A DNA stretch of 64,000 nucleotides. Source: Vicugna vicugna (Eukaryota). How positions within the stretch are numbered: position 1 is the stretch's first letter; each line of letters begins with the position of its first letter. Shown piece by piece: positions 26,000 to 39,332 of this stretch. The position numbers were made by a program, and so were the translations under genes. Where the stretch lies: contig MU058221.1 in NCBI GenBank assembly GCA_013265495.1, positions 4,156,001 through 4,220,000 on the forward strand, given 5' to 3'. The notes beneath the pieces are model-generated. The model did not search any database. It had not been told where the DNA came from and saw nothing but the letters and a program-made list of their open reading frames with translations.

Positions 26000-26265
26000 C
26001 TTTCACTGAGATCTAGAGCCACATTCACTCTCACTCACTCACTCACTCTAGCCACATGGGGAATTTTCTCAGGTCCTTGCATCCACCATGCTTCCTTCCA
26101 CTCCAGAGTCTTCCATGCACTATTCCAACTAAACCTTCACATCTTAATTCTTGGAAGAAAGGAATTATCATCATATGTCAAGACTTAGCATAGTGCCTGG
26201 TAAATATGCAGTAAAAATTTGTTGAATAAATAGATGAATGAATAAACAACAAATGAATGAATTCA
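26000..26265 (+). mobile_element. L2 3' end
   Basis: cttagcatagtgcctggtaaatatgcagtaaaaatttgttgaataaatagatgaatgaat is the typical L2 tail. Confidence 0.65.
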
Positions 26266-26629
26266 GATCTGTATGACCCAAGATTATGTTCTATCAAGCA
26301 CATGATGTGGCTTCTTGTTGCCTGATTAAGGCTCACTAAAAGCATGTGGGAAGTTGTTCCCATATTCCTCCTCCTAGTGTTTGTTGGACCTTGGAAGGGA
26401 AGCAAATCTTGATTCAGACTCTAAACCAACTATGCCCAAGAGCAACAGAATTTCAAGGAGAGAAACACAAATGAGAAAATTAACAAACTTGAAAAAGAAT
26501 GTATGTCCATCATTATACAAATTTTAAATTAAGTGGAATATTTTTTAATTGTATTTATTTTTTATATTTTTAAATCAGTCTTTTTTGGGAGTGAGTGGAG
26601 GAGGCAATTAGGTTTTTATTTATTTATTT

Positions 26630-28545
26630 CATAGTGTTTACTAATTCCCTTTGTGAGTTTTTATTTGCTGCACTGATTACTTAGAAAAGTGTTATCTAAT
26701 TTTCACATTTTTGTGAATTAATCAAATTTTTTACTGTTACTGGTTTCTAATTTAATTCCTTTGTGGCCAAAGAATATACTTTGTATTTTAATTCTTTTAA
26801 ATTTATTGGGGCTTATTCTATCGCCTAACATAAGGTTTGTCGTGGAGAATGTCCCACATGAGCAGAGTGACTATTGAGAAGAATGTATATTCAGCTGTTG
26901 GATGGAGTATTCCATAGGCGTTTTGTCATGGCTATTTGGTTTATAGTGTTGTTTACATCTTCTATTTTTTTTTATTAAACTGCTGCATTATTGTTCTATC
27001 CATTGTTAAAAGTCAGGTATTGAAGTTCCCAATTATTATTGTTAAATTATCTATTTCTCCCTATAATAGTGTCAGTTTTTGCTTCATGTGGCTTGAGGCT
27101 CTGTTGATAGGTGCGTACACGTTTAAAATTGTTACATCTTTCTGACAGACTGATCCTTTTATAATGATAAAATGTGCTTCTATTTCTCTTGTAATTATTT
27201 TTGTCTCAGAGTATATTTTGCCTGATTTTAGTATAGCTAGTTCAGGTCTCTTTTACCTATCGCTTGCATGTAAATGTTTCCATCTTTTCCTTTCAATTTA
27301 CTCGTGTCTTTGTGTCTAAAGTATGCATCCTGTAGGCAGTACATCTACTCTGCCAACATCTGTCTTTTGATTGAGGTGCTTAACCACTTGCATTTCATGT
27401 AACTGCCGATAAGGCAGGATTTATATCTGTCCTTTTGCTATCTGTTTTCCTTCTATATTGTGCCTTTTTTCTCTGTTCCTTGATTCTTATTTTTTATTTT
27501 TGTTAAATATATATTTTTCAAGCACTTCTTTTTAATTCCATTGTTGCTTGTTTCACTATATTTATTTAAGTTATTTTGTAGTGTTTGCTCTGGAGATTAC
27601 AATTAGCTCCTTAATGCGAAGCCATCTAGTTGATTAATGCTAATTTAATTTCAATACTGTGCAAAATATTCTGTCTAAGATACTCCTATTCCGCCTTCCT
27701 CCTTTGTAAAAAATGTACGTCTGTATAAATTATAAGCCCATTAGCACAGCTTTATATTTAATGTTATGCAGTTGTCTTTGAAAACAGATTGAAGAGGGAA
27801 AAAATTACACACAAAAATGCATGTGTACTGCCTTCCATGACGGCTATGCAGTTACCATTACCAGTAATATTTTCACACTTTCCTTAAATTCTTTATACAC
27901 GGTTCCCTACAGTTCTTTGAATATATTTATAATGGCTTATTTAAAATCTTTGTCTACTAAAGTCTAAAGTCTGGTCCCCCTCAGGGACATTTTCTGTTAG
28001 TTGCTTTGTTCTCCCTCAGTGTATGTGGACTTACTTCCCTGTTTCTTCCCAAGCCTTGTATTTTTGTCTTCTTTGTTACAAATAGACTTGTTTGTAACAA
28101 CTCTGGAATCAGATCCCTCCACCTCCCACTGAGCTAAGCGGGGAGGCATTCAAATAGCCACCTAAGCATAGAATTTCCCAGGGAGCTGGAAGTTCAGACA
28201 AAAGATTGATTCTGCACCGGGGATGATGCTTTTCATGCAGCTCCAAAAGCAGTCCAGACTTTTCATTCTCTGCAATGCTGCTGGCTTTTGCCCACGCCAC
28301 CTCTGCGCCGAAGAGGGAGTGGGAGGAGAGGAGGCTAGCCCTCAGTTCAGACACTGCAGACCCCGCTGTCTTACCAAAGTTCAGTAGCTTCTCTTGTACA
28401 ATTTTCCATTCATTCTGTGGCTTTGATTGATCGCCAGACTTCTGAAATGATTGATTTTAGTTGTTTTGCTTGTATTTTTGTTGTTTTAAAGGGAGAGTGG
28501 GTTCACCAAGGTCCTCCATCTGCCGTTCTAGAGGTTGATCCTCCC
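26630..28545 (-). mobile_element. Old L1M fragment (ORF2 endonuclease region toward ORF1/5' end, antisense)
   Basis: ggagaatgtcccacatg...gagaagaatgtatattcagctgttgg...ggtattgaagttcccaattattattg are L1 ORF2 EN antisense hallmarks. Confidence 0.8.
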
Positions 28546-29429
28546 CTAGTTAACATCTGTTTTAAAATGTAGATCTCTAAGGATATTATTAGTCATGGTG
28601 CAATGTCTGAAAACTGGAAAACACAGTTAAATCTGACACTGATATTTTGGGAAAGCCTGTGATCAGTTAGAGGAAATAAAATCAGTACAGCTAAGTAATA
28701 TAGTCAACAAGTCAAAAACAAAGATACATGGATAGAATTTCCTCATTTTTATCGGCACTCAGTTCAATTCAATAAAGAAGAAATGAAAGAGGTCTTAAAA
28801 GGGATGTTGCATAGTAATCTCAAATAAGATTTATCAGACGGAGGAGCCAGCAGCCACTTTTGCATCTTAACTTACTTTCCAATTTTGCAATTCATAAAAC
28901 ACTCACCAAGGCGTGACACAAGTTTGGAGTTCAAGCACAGTGCACTTTACGTTGCAAGATCTATTAAAGGCAACAATTCGTAAGATCCTCAGTAAGGGAG
29001 TGTGCATTTTTTTTTTCAAGGAATACCTCAAAGAGGGAAGCAGGACTCCTTAATCCAATTTTACGTGAAGAGTCACCTCATTCTCATCTGTGGCCACGCC
29101 TCTTCTGGGATTGTGGTTGAAGCTGAAGTTGGAAGAACAGAATGAACAGCATCTCTTCATGTCAGTAGTTCTTTCCCACAAGTATGAAATGACAATCTGG
29201 CTTTCCCTCCAGAGACAGCAGCAGGAATGACAGAGACTTTGATCATGAACTCATTCTGCTCTGTGTTACCTTTCTCTGCCTATTTCTTTTTCTTCAGTGC
29301 TGAAGTCCAGAGTATGAACATGGCTGTTTGACAAGATTCACTTATTTTGCATCGTTAGCCTACTGACCTTCCTTCCGCTATAAAAAGTAGAATTCTAATG
29401 TCAAAAGGCAGTGCTGGAGGGATGGATTT

Positions 29430-29610
29430 GGAAACATCCCAGCTGGTTCCTTACCAGGTCTGTGAGCTTGGGTTTTATCCTCCCTAAGCCTCATTCTCCT
29501 CATCTATAAACTGGAGGCCACTGTTCGTCTTACCTGATTATTATTAGACTATCAGATGGGATAATGTATATTCAAAAGCACCATTAACTACAACACTCAA
29601 TACAAAATAT
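29430..29610 (+). mobile_element. MIR SINE
   Basis: tgtgagcttggg...ctaagcctcattctcctcatctataaactgg. Confidence 0.65.
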
Positions 29611-29692
29611 AAGATGTTTCAACTGCTGGTAGAATTAACACCATTCTATTGGACAAATCATGAAAAAGAACTCAATCTTTACATTCACATTA

Positions 29693-30241
29693 TCCTACTG
29701 ACGTATAGTCAGTTACAATGTGTCCCTTTCTGGTGTACAGCACACTGTCCCAGTCATGCAGACACATACATATATTTTATGCTTCTGTCTATCTATCTAT
29801 TCATCCATAGATAGATATTCATTTTCATATTCTTTTTCATTAAAGGTTATTATTACAAGATATTGAATATAGCTCCCTGTGCCATACAGAAGGAATTTGT
29901 TTTTTACCTATTTTTATATACAGTGGTTAACATTTCCAAGTCTCAAGCTTCCCAAATGTATCCTTTCCCACCCCTTTTCTCCCCGATAACCATAAGATTG
30001 TTTACTATGTCGGTAAGTCTGTCTCTGTTTTGTAGATGAGTTCATTAGTGTCCTCTTTTTTCTTTCTTTGTTTTAAGATTCCACATATGAGTGATATCAT
30101 ATGGTATTTTTCTTTCTCTTCCTGGCTGACTTCACTTTGAATGATGATCTCCAGGTCCATCCATGTTGCTGGGAATGGCATTGGTTTATTCTTTTTCATC
30201 GCTGAGTAGCATTCCATTGTATAAATATACCACAGCTTCTT
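29693..30241 (-). mobile_element. 5'-truncated LINE-1 3' end (antisense)
   Basis: ORF 30005-30217(-) MECYSAMKKNKPMPFPATWMDLEIIIQSEVSQ is the L1 ORF2 C-terminus, followed by 3' UTR. Confidence 0.92.
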
Positions 30242-31049
30242 AATACATTAATATTTAATACACTGTTTAGCGTTTATTCCAGATAATATGGCTTTCTCTA
30301 AGCAATGATCAATCTTCACCGTATTTGGCACTTTTATCTCATTTATTTAGTATTTGTGTAAGACATTAAAAAAATTATACTGAAATGCTCAAGACTGCTT
30401 TGTAGGAATTCCAGTATAAAATCAACACATGAGATTCACAAAGTCAGGCTGGCTTATGTGGGACCTGTGGAAGGAGGATGCTTGACTAGATCCCATCTCC
30501 CTGAAGTTTATTTCGGGAGAAGAGGCCATAAGAAGTTAACATTTGACACAGATGGATTTTATTCGCAATTATTTTAGGAAAAAAAGTAAAATGATTGCCT
30601 CAGTTCTCTAGTGTATAAATCAGTAATAAGTAAACAAGGAACCAGTAAAAACCACACAGTTGAAAGAAAAATATGGCGTCCTGTAAATGCCACCTTCTCC
30701 TGCGACCCCAATCTGTTTGCAAAGACTAAAGTCATCCATTCGGAGAAAAGAGGCATAAAATCTAAGACTCTTACGTCCTGCGGTTTGTTTGCAAATCCGC
30801 AGATGTGTGTTGTGCATCTGCAGAGGTCCACACGCCCTCCAAGGTGGTGGTGGCATAATGTTAAGCAGAATCGATAAAAGGATGGGTTCTCAGGGCCGTG
30901 TCTACGTTTCCTTTTTGTTCTGTTGCTCCAGACATAAGACTGTTCCTGCGACATTTGCTTATCGCCTTGAATATTTTAAAAGGGTAGGATATTTGAAGTA
31001 AATGTGCATAAATTCACCACCTATAGTACAAATATCTTTCAGATCTTCC

Positions 31050-31400
31050 TCCTCCATGAAGGTTCCCTCCTTTTCCATGCTCCCCGCTCCAGCCCACCCC
31101 AGCTCTCCAGCCAGAAATTACATCTCACCTCCCCTGTCTTTTCTCAGTCTTTTTATCAGATGTCTCTCATGATCTCTACCCTGTCCTTTCTCTTCTGTTA
31201 AAATTACTTGTGTGTCTGTTCTGTCCTCCTCGGTTTCCTGGAATCTCCTGGAGGGCAGGGTCCACACCGATTCAATTTATTCAACCCCATGACATCTGAT
31301 ATATACATGATGCACTATATACCTGCATAATTCTTCTTCCTGTGACACTTGGAACATTGCCTGGAACATCCTAGGTGCTCAATAAATATTAAATCCAGCG
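31050..31400 (+). mobile_element. L2 3' fragment(s)
   Basis: ctcctggagggcagggtcc...gcctggaacatcctaggtgctcaataaatatt. Confidence 0.6.
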
Positions 31401-32209
31401 AATGGCTGTATGATGTCAGGCTAAACTGAAGGACAATGCATATATAAATGTAAGATGTCATTTTTAGTACCCTTGGCAGTTTTGAAGACTGGAATAATGA
31501 CTTTTGCCTTTTAAAATATCTTTTTTTTTCTTCCAAACAAGAGACAAGAGAGAAATCTGTAAGGCTCTTTTTGGGCTCCAGATGCAAAGTAATTATGTAA
31601 AAGCATCCAAGAAACCTATAATTAAAGTAATAAGATATTTGAAAAATCAATACTTTTACCTTTGAAAAATTTAAATTTGTGAACAAGACCTGAGATCCTA
31701 CGGCTCTTATTTAGGTGTTAGGGCCAGGGAGGAAAATCAGAGAGTTAAATAAGAATTGTTTAGACTCCAAAGACAGTCAAAAAAAACACTGCCAGTGGAA
31801 TGCAGTGTTCTTCCTCACGGCTGCATTCAGAGAGAGCCACAGCTTGTCAGTTCAGTGTGCTCTGGGCACCTGATTTTACTTTTCTGGTTTTGAATGTTTA
31901 GGAATAACTGAAGCCTTATGAAATGAAGTCATCGTGTTCCCGCTTGACCAGTTGGAGCTCCACGAAGCTGGGAGGGTGGTGACAAAGCTCTTGGTGGACG
32001 CTTTGCTGCTCAGCTTTATTTTCTTTTATTTATCATTAAATTAGCACCTGTCTGCAAGTGTCATGAGTCCTTCACTGTGTCACTTTGTTGTTGTTGTTGG
32101 AAAGGGGAGGGAGCATTTTTTAAAATGTATCTCATTTTAATTTTATTAAACAGAAGGTTCTGGGTTAGGTTTTTATCTTTGTAATTTTTTTTTTAAATTT
32201 GGGGGTCAG

Positions 32210-32600
32210 GTTTTTTTTTTTAACCCCAGCTTTGTTAAGGTAAGATTGACATGGAAAAACTGCATATATTTAAGGTGTATAATGTGGTGTTTTGATACAA
32301 ATATATCTTATGTGGTGATGGCCACAATCAGGCTAGTTAACAAATCCGTCACCTCCCAGGGTTACCGTTGTGTGTCTGTGTGTGTGTACTTAAGATTTAC
32401 TCTCTTAGCAAATTTCAAACACACAGTACAGTATTAACAATTATACTTACCATGCTATACATTCGATTTTTAGAGCATATTCATCCTGCAACTGAATGTT
32501 TGTACCCTTTGCCCAACATCTTCCCATTTTTGCCCTTTCCCAGCTCCTAGCAATAGACATTCTACTCTGTTCTCTAGGTTTGACTTTTCTCAGATCCAGA
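32210..32600 (-). mobile_element. L1MA/MB 3' UTR (antisense)
   Basis: ctgcatatatttaaggtgtata...ctctcttagcaaatttcaaa...tgtaccctttgcccaacatc. Confidence 0.85.
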
Positions 32601-34513
32601 TCAAATTAAGCTGCAAGGTATACAAGGTATACGCATGTACACTTTAGTAATCCTGGGTCATTCCTTCTTGTTTCTGTCCCACTTGCTACAGAATGGGACT
32701 AAAATAGAAGATGATTCAGCTAAAACAGTTTCAGGCTTTGACTGATCATTCACTCAAATTCAAATCAAATCCCCTTCTTACATCAGTATAAGCAGAAAGC
32801 AGTACTTTACCTCCAACCCCAAAACAAAAACATTATCCTTTTTTTCCTACAAGATCAAGGTTTTCTTAGGAGGGAAACATCCACCTCACTTCAGGCTAAT
32901 GGTTTCTTAAGATCGGGAGAAGAATGAATTTTCTGACCTCAGAGTATCCATTTTCTTTTTTCCCCCCTCTTTTTGTTCATTTTTGTCTCAAATAGCATCT
33001 GCCTTTTGGTGAGATGATGCTGAGATAAAAAAAAAAATTACTGTTGCCATTTCATTTTTTTTCACTCAGAATCATAACCTGGACACAGCCAACTGATCTA
33101 TTAATTCCAAAGCTCAATACCTCAGCTAAGAATCTATAACATTTTATGAGAACGAAAAATGGTCCTCTTAGAATTTTATACAGAGATATTTGGTAAGCCC
33201 TTTCAAGCTCAGAAGATAATCCCCAAACGGAGCTGTTCTGAACGCACATCTTAAGGCAGTTTCAGAAGGAGCATCACGTTACCTTCTGCCTCCCAGAGGA
33301 CAAGCCCTCACGATGCTTAGAAAAATACTCATCTGTCTGCTGGTTTTCACCAGGTTTCCAATGTGACCTGGCTTCGCTTAGAGAAAGAGAGGATGGTGTG
33401 GCTCAGATCCAGCGACACGCCTCTCAAAGGACCCTTCCTGCTCAACTGATTTTCTTCTTGTGATTTAGAGTTTCCTCCTTAAGAACCGACACCGACAGAA
33501 TGCTAAATGCTTTGAGTCCGTAGTTTTACCACCACGACACTCCCTAAGGGGAGGCAGCATCACCTACCTCTTACTGACGAGCAGACAGGCTCAAAGACAG
33601 CATTCACCTTGACAAAAATGTGCTCCCAATACCGCCATATTTTTTTCACTTTTTTTTTCTGTTGGTCATCTTGGCAGTATTCATTCATTCATTCCACAAA
33701 TACATGTTGGATGTGCACGTACTCTGGTCCTGGGGAAACGGCAGGAGTTTAGCCATGAAAATGGAATGTGCATGCTTCTCTTTCTTTATACCCTTCCTAA
33801 TTCTGAGGTGAAACATTTCCAATAAAGGCCACCTCTGTGCTGCTATCATCAGAAAAGATTACATATTGAATTGTGATTATTTATTAAGCTATCTGTCCCC
33901 TCCATGGATCAGTTTTAAGTACCCGTCAGGGCAGGGCTAATAGCAATGTCATTTGTTACAAAACTCCTGGTTCCCGGCTTATTTCCTGTGAAGCCCTGAA
34001 GCCCACTTTGTATTTAGTACATTTTGGATGAATGATCCGCAGGCTCATTGCAATCAGGGGGCTTGTCCTCAGAGAGTATATTTTCTCTTCGCCAATCCAA
34101 GTGTCTGCAGTCTGATTACTTTTGGATTCTGCTGTGTGTGTCTCTCTGCCTTCAACAGCCAGGCCATGTAAGGAAACAGAGTTTGGTGCAGTGCCTGAGG
34201 GACGAGAAGGGCCTCACATCCAAGCTTAACATTTCCCTGAAGAATCTAATCTGACTCTCATGTGAGTCTTCAGAGGTTGCAAGTGGGGCGCACTGGGCGC
34301 GGGCAGTGTTCCCCTGGAAGGACCGCGTGATGGGAGGCAGAGCAGGGCCTGGAGAGAGAGGTGACCTGCTGTGAGAAAGCTCAGCAGACACAGACTGGCC
34401 CCTAGAAAAGGAGGGGGCGGTTCCTATGAATTCCCAGAAATGACTGCGTGGATCCTTTTACATAAAGCAGGGACCCTGCATGAGATGTCACACTGACTGG
34501 GGTCTGAGGTGCG

Positions 34514-34806
34514 GGCTGCTCTGTTTGGTGATGTGTGTGTGAGGCGCTGCGCTGAGCTGTGCTGGGTGTGTGAGGTGCTGGGTTTAGTGCTGCATGTTAG
34601 GCGCGCGTGTTGTTTAGTGATACAAAGTTGAGCATTGTGTTTAGTGCACAGGGTGTGTATGGTACAGCATTTACTGACATATATGCGTTGCAGACACTGC
34701 ATACCACGAACACGCATCTCACGCACACCACTAATCACAGCATCACACACAATCCAGACCACTAAACACAGAGTTCTCACACACACATCACTAACTACAG
34801 TAGCCG
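34514..34806. repeat. Imperfect ~290-bp inverted repeat (GT-rich arm / CA-rich arm)
   Basis: gtgatgtgtgtgtgag (34528-34543) pairs perfectly with 34776-34791; tgtgtttagtg (34636-34646) pairs with 34760-34770. Confidence 0.75.
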
Positions 34807-35199
34807 GGCGCTGTACTAGTATAATGTTACCCAGACTGAAACACGCAGGCGTTAAGTGACAGACGTATGCTGGCAAAATATTTTAATACAACACCGCTCA
34901 CAAATAAATGGAAGAATACACCTGGGTATGGAATGCCTCATATTCGTCAGGTCCTATTCGAGTACAATCTGCCTCACATCCAGGAAAAGGAAACAAGCGC
35001 CTAGTGTTGCCAGACCCTGACCTAGTCGAGCGTTGCTCAAACACGAGGGGAGGAATGGGGTCCGCCGAGCCTCCAGGGAAGGCCAGGAACGATCCTAACA
35101 CAACTTTATTCACACAAAGAGGGAAGGGGAATGCATTGAGCAACTGGTATATGTCAGGCATGTGCCAAATTCATGTATAGAGATCAGGAAGCAGGATGC

Positions 35200-37300
35200 A
35201 CTGAGCACCTCCTGTATACCAGGTGCTACTCCAGTATAACTACGCCCATGGCGCAGGCGGAAGCAAGACCACGCTGGGTGTTGAATATCCGCCGGCGTGT
35301 GTTCCAGCAGGTTACTCACGCACACGCTTGTGTTCTCTCTCAGTCTGACCTCAGGTCGTACTAGCTCAGTCCCTGAGGTGCAGCCTGGTGCCACCGTACT
35401 CACACACAGCGGGAGCGATGCGATCGCAGACTGGACCACCTGCGTAAGACAGGTGTTGTCCTAGGACAACCGAGCCACGCTCGGGGAGAAGGAAAAACGC
35501 ATTCAGGGCACTCCTCACACATGCCAACTTCTATTCTGTTATAACATGATTCACACATGAGTGAAAAGGCAAAGCTATGAATTGATCACATAAAACCAGC
35601 CGGGGGCTGTTCCCGCACGGAATTGCTTACTGGCTAACCCTGGGGAAGAAGACGCGCTCGCCTGCGTCCGCCGGCGTGGGCCAGGACTCACTCCCGGCCA
35701 GCGCTGCACACGCGGGGTGGGACAAGCCGGTGGGACAAGCCGGTGGGACAAGCCGGCGGGCCTGGGTCCCGGTTCGCGTAAGACGCTGTTAACTACAGAC
35801 GGGCTCACTCGCCGAAGAATGAACCGAGGACGTAATTGGCACCCAGGAGGTGTCAGACCCGACCACGTACAACCCTGCACACGTCAGCAAAGAACACAAG
35901 GGCGTGTAAAGCTCTGTCCCGGTGCAGCCCCGGTCACACGGAGGCAGCGGGAAGCCAGCGTCAGCGAGCAGCTTGCTCACGCCGGGCACAATCCTAGGGC
36001 TGCACGTCCCACACAAAGAGAAAAACACACAGGCCGGCAGCGAGCGCCCAACAGGTGTCACGTACGATCGCAAAGTGCACACTAGAATAACTTTACTCAC
36101 ATGGTGGAGATTTAAGGATGCAGGTATAAAGCACCTCGTAGAGGACAGACACGATTCTAACGCAGCCTTCCCCGCACGTCAGACATCATTTGTTTCTGAG
36201 CTCCTGTGCTGGTCTGCAACCTCGGGAGTGACCTGCGTGAAATCTGACACTGGCCCCACACAGGGAAGGACAGGAGAGACCAAAGAAAGAGGCAGACCAC
36301 TCCAGGTTGGTAGGCGGCAGGCTTAATAACCGAGGACACTGGCATACGACACTTGCCTTAAGCGACCACAAGACAAGCAGGTCCCCACACGCATCTGCCA
36401 GAATCTTAAAAGTTTGGATAGAGGCCTGAATGGGGTTCAGCCACATAACCTTCCAGACACTCTCGGCTACAGCTCACTCTCAAGGCTGCGCCCTTGCAAT
36501 GGCTCTTGCTGTGGGAGCTGTGGGTGGAACATACATTCCGAGGGCAGGGACGGGGGAGGAGCCTCCACTCGCCCTGGACCAGCTCGCAGGTCAGTCAGAG
36601 TCACATCCTCACAGCGACTCCCCCAACATCCCACCCATACCCCGTGACCGGCACTTACAGCGACAATTTCACGTCCCCCCCACCCCCCAACATGCACCCT
36701 GAGGGCTCAGCAAGCGGTTTTCACCAGCACGGAGGTGGCTCCTTTGGCGGTTATCCGGCTACACTGGAGGCAGATGCTACAGAAACAATATAGGAACGTG
36801 CCAGAGAAAATGCAGATCAGGACAATGAGTCCCAAAAAAGTAACAGTTTTCTTCATCAAGAGGCCCAGGATCTGAATCGTTGATTTTTGTTAATTCCCCC
36901 AGGCTGGGGGTCAGATCACTCAGGACACCCCTTGTGCCCTCGTGTGATTATTTAATAGAGGTGAAACATCAGGCATGAACACCACATCCTGCTTAGCTAA
37001 TGGCACAGGTGCCCCCTCGCAAGGCAGCCATAACACCCCAGGCCATCCTGCGTTGAAAGACGGCCCTTCTCATCAGAGACCTGTCAGCGTTCGGTGAAGA
37101 CAGGCGCCGCCAGCGCTCGCTTAAGGCGGGCCGGCTGGATGCTGCAGGGGCGCCTGTGTGCTCCAACACCCTCCCCGAAGGCAAACGATCGTCTCAGCGG
37201 AAAACAGAATGCACCCCTCTGGCCTTGCGGCGAGGGCGGTTGGCAGCGTTAGGAACCCGACCTGATGGTGCGCACCCTACGTGCCGGCTGGGGAGGCAGC
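35200..37300. other. CpG/GC-enriched segment overlying old repeat-like sequence
   Basis: Visibly many CpGs relative to the flanks; no credible ORF or exon. Confidence 0.6.
35716..35760. repeat. 13-bp tandem repeat (ggtgggacaagcc) x3.5
   Basis: Three perfect units, then ggcggg. Confidence 0.95.
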
Positions 37301-37391
37301 ACTGTCAAGAGTGAGGAAGTGGACCAAGTGCAGGACATGCCAGGCCAGGACTCCCACCTTCTCTGCTCTTTCAGTGATGTGTGCTCCATTC

Positions 37392-37867
37392 TGTTACCAT
37401 CGGCCAGGTCATGTGCCCGCCGCACCCTGAGGCCAAGCAAACTGAAATGCTGGAGGCTGGAGCAGGGAAAGGTTGATAGCAGGGCTGAGCAAGAAGGACA
37501 GGGTGGCTCATGTCCAAGAAAACTCCAAACTCCCTGAAGGGGTTCAGCAAAGCATATTTTAAGGCCAGGTAATGGAGGGGAGGGGGTCGCAGGGTACGCG
37601 ATCAGCTCATGCACAACCTCTGATTGGCTGATGTGGAGGGAACAGGGCGGTCAACACCATCAACCCCCAGGCGCCAGAAGGTCTGGGGGCCACGCGCTCT
37701 CCATCAAGTAGTTAATTTCTTCCCTTTGGTGGTGGTTTTTAGCATCTGAAAAACTCAGCAAATATGCATGAGATACTATTATCTGGGTGCTTCAGAGAGG
37801 AGCTGCAGCAGAGGACGTGGGGAGGGGTCTGACCCTGGAAGGCCCCACAGGGTCCTGCTCGGTTACA
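37392..37867 (-). mobile_element. ERV1-class solo LTR
   Basis: Minus strand TGTAAC...GGTAACA, 476 bp, perfect 4-bp TSD attc (37388-37391 and 37868-37871). Confidence 0.9.
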
Positions 37868-38584
37868 ATTCCACTCCATGTACAGTGCGTGTCAGTAGGT
37901 CCAGCTCGCAGCAGGATAACAGTGTCCCCGTGGAGACTGGGACCAAATCCTATCTGCCTGCAATTCTTCTGTGCAACAGTGAAAACCATTAACCCAGTAG
38001 TCTCCACAGAGAAATCGTATTTCTTTCTGATTTGTCTTTATTTCATAGGCTGCAATTGCATGTAATCCTTTAAGTCTGATAGCCTTGCAGGTTTACATCA
38101 ATAGCCGCTGATTTTTAAACGGTATTTGTGTTATAAATCCTGATACTCGGTTGCGATTTAACCACGTTGCTGAATTAATTTAGATCCCGGATGTTTGCAA
38201 TGAACCCCTCTCTCAACGTCTCTTTCCCTTTGCTTTTCCTGCTCTGGTTTCAGCTATCTGACTAAACTGTATTTCTGTGTCTGGTGAACATTGGTGAGAG
38301 ATGTTTAACGTGATATAACATAACGTGATGGTGGTTTTTCTGGTGACTTCCTCGGTAGCCCTCGTCTTGAGTAACATGACTGTCTTTTCCTTCCGTTCCT
38401 TCCTTATCTCCTCTCGGACGTGTCTGTCTCCTGGGAAGGAGGTCTGCTTTATGTAGCAGAAACCAGATGCTCTCAACTATTTTCTTTTGGCCCATTTGCC
38501 TTTGCTTTATTTCCTGTTCGTTCTCATTGCCATCTGAATCCATCTTCTTTATCTTCACCATCTAATCCTGAAAGGCCGATTGAC

Positions 38585-39332
38585 TGTAGTAGCCACTTCT
38601 TTTTATTGAACCTGGGGACCTAATAACAGCCCTTATTTCAACAGATCATGAGGCTGCCCTCAGGCTTTAATTCAGGCACAAACCAGGCAAATTCCTTCGA
38701 ATGAATCTGCTCCAGCTTAAGCAAGTTGAGACCTAGTTGTGACCGGTTTTGCTCAGTCCGAAGCCGTGTGGTCCAAAAAGAAACTGCAACTGGTCAAAAA
38801 GTAACAAGTTTATCCTCCAGTTTCTGAAACACTGGAACCACAGAAAACTTCTTTATATGGCTCACTTGATTCAAGCAGTTTTGGTAGGTTTAAATAGTCG
38901 TGGACGAGCCTGAATTAATTTAAACTAAGGAGGGCAACTTTGGAAAAGTCAGTAATGGTTTAAATCATGAGGACCTCCATAAACATAGCAAGCCACTTTT
39001 ATAAAGTTCAGTGGCACTGGTGCAAGGTTCTCCCAGCCGTGACCAACCCAGAAGATTGGAACTGATTTAAACGTCTCAGAAAAGCTTAACTTCACTTTAG
39101 AACCATTATTAACTGAATATATAAGTTAGCTGAGTTCATTTTGGTTCCAATAAATTAAGCAAAATTGATTTGAGGCTGGCAGAATAGGTCTGGACTTATT
39201 TAGTGAATCACCACCAAGCTTTCCTCGTAAAGTCCTCCTCAGATTTTGCTTCTCTGTGTCTGTTAGACTCCCCCCCACAAATCCAGTTTCTGGGTTGATC
39301 TGGAGGTCTTGATCTCAGAAATCTGCATTACA
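38585..39332 (+). mobile_element. Possible ancient LTR
   Basis: TGTAG...TTACA termini with AATAAA at 39149; family not recognised with certainty. Confidence 0.3.

Noticed and set aside
35716..35760. CRISPR-like array
   Set aside because: Units are contiguous with no spacers, and the context is eukaryotic
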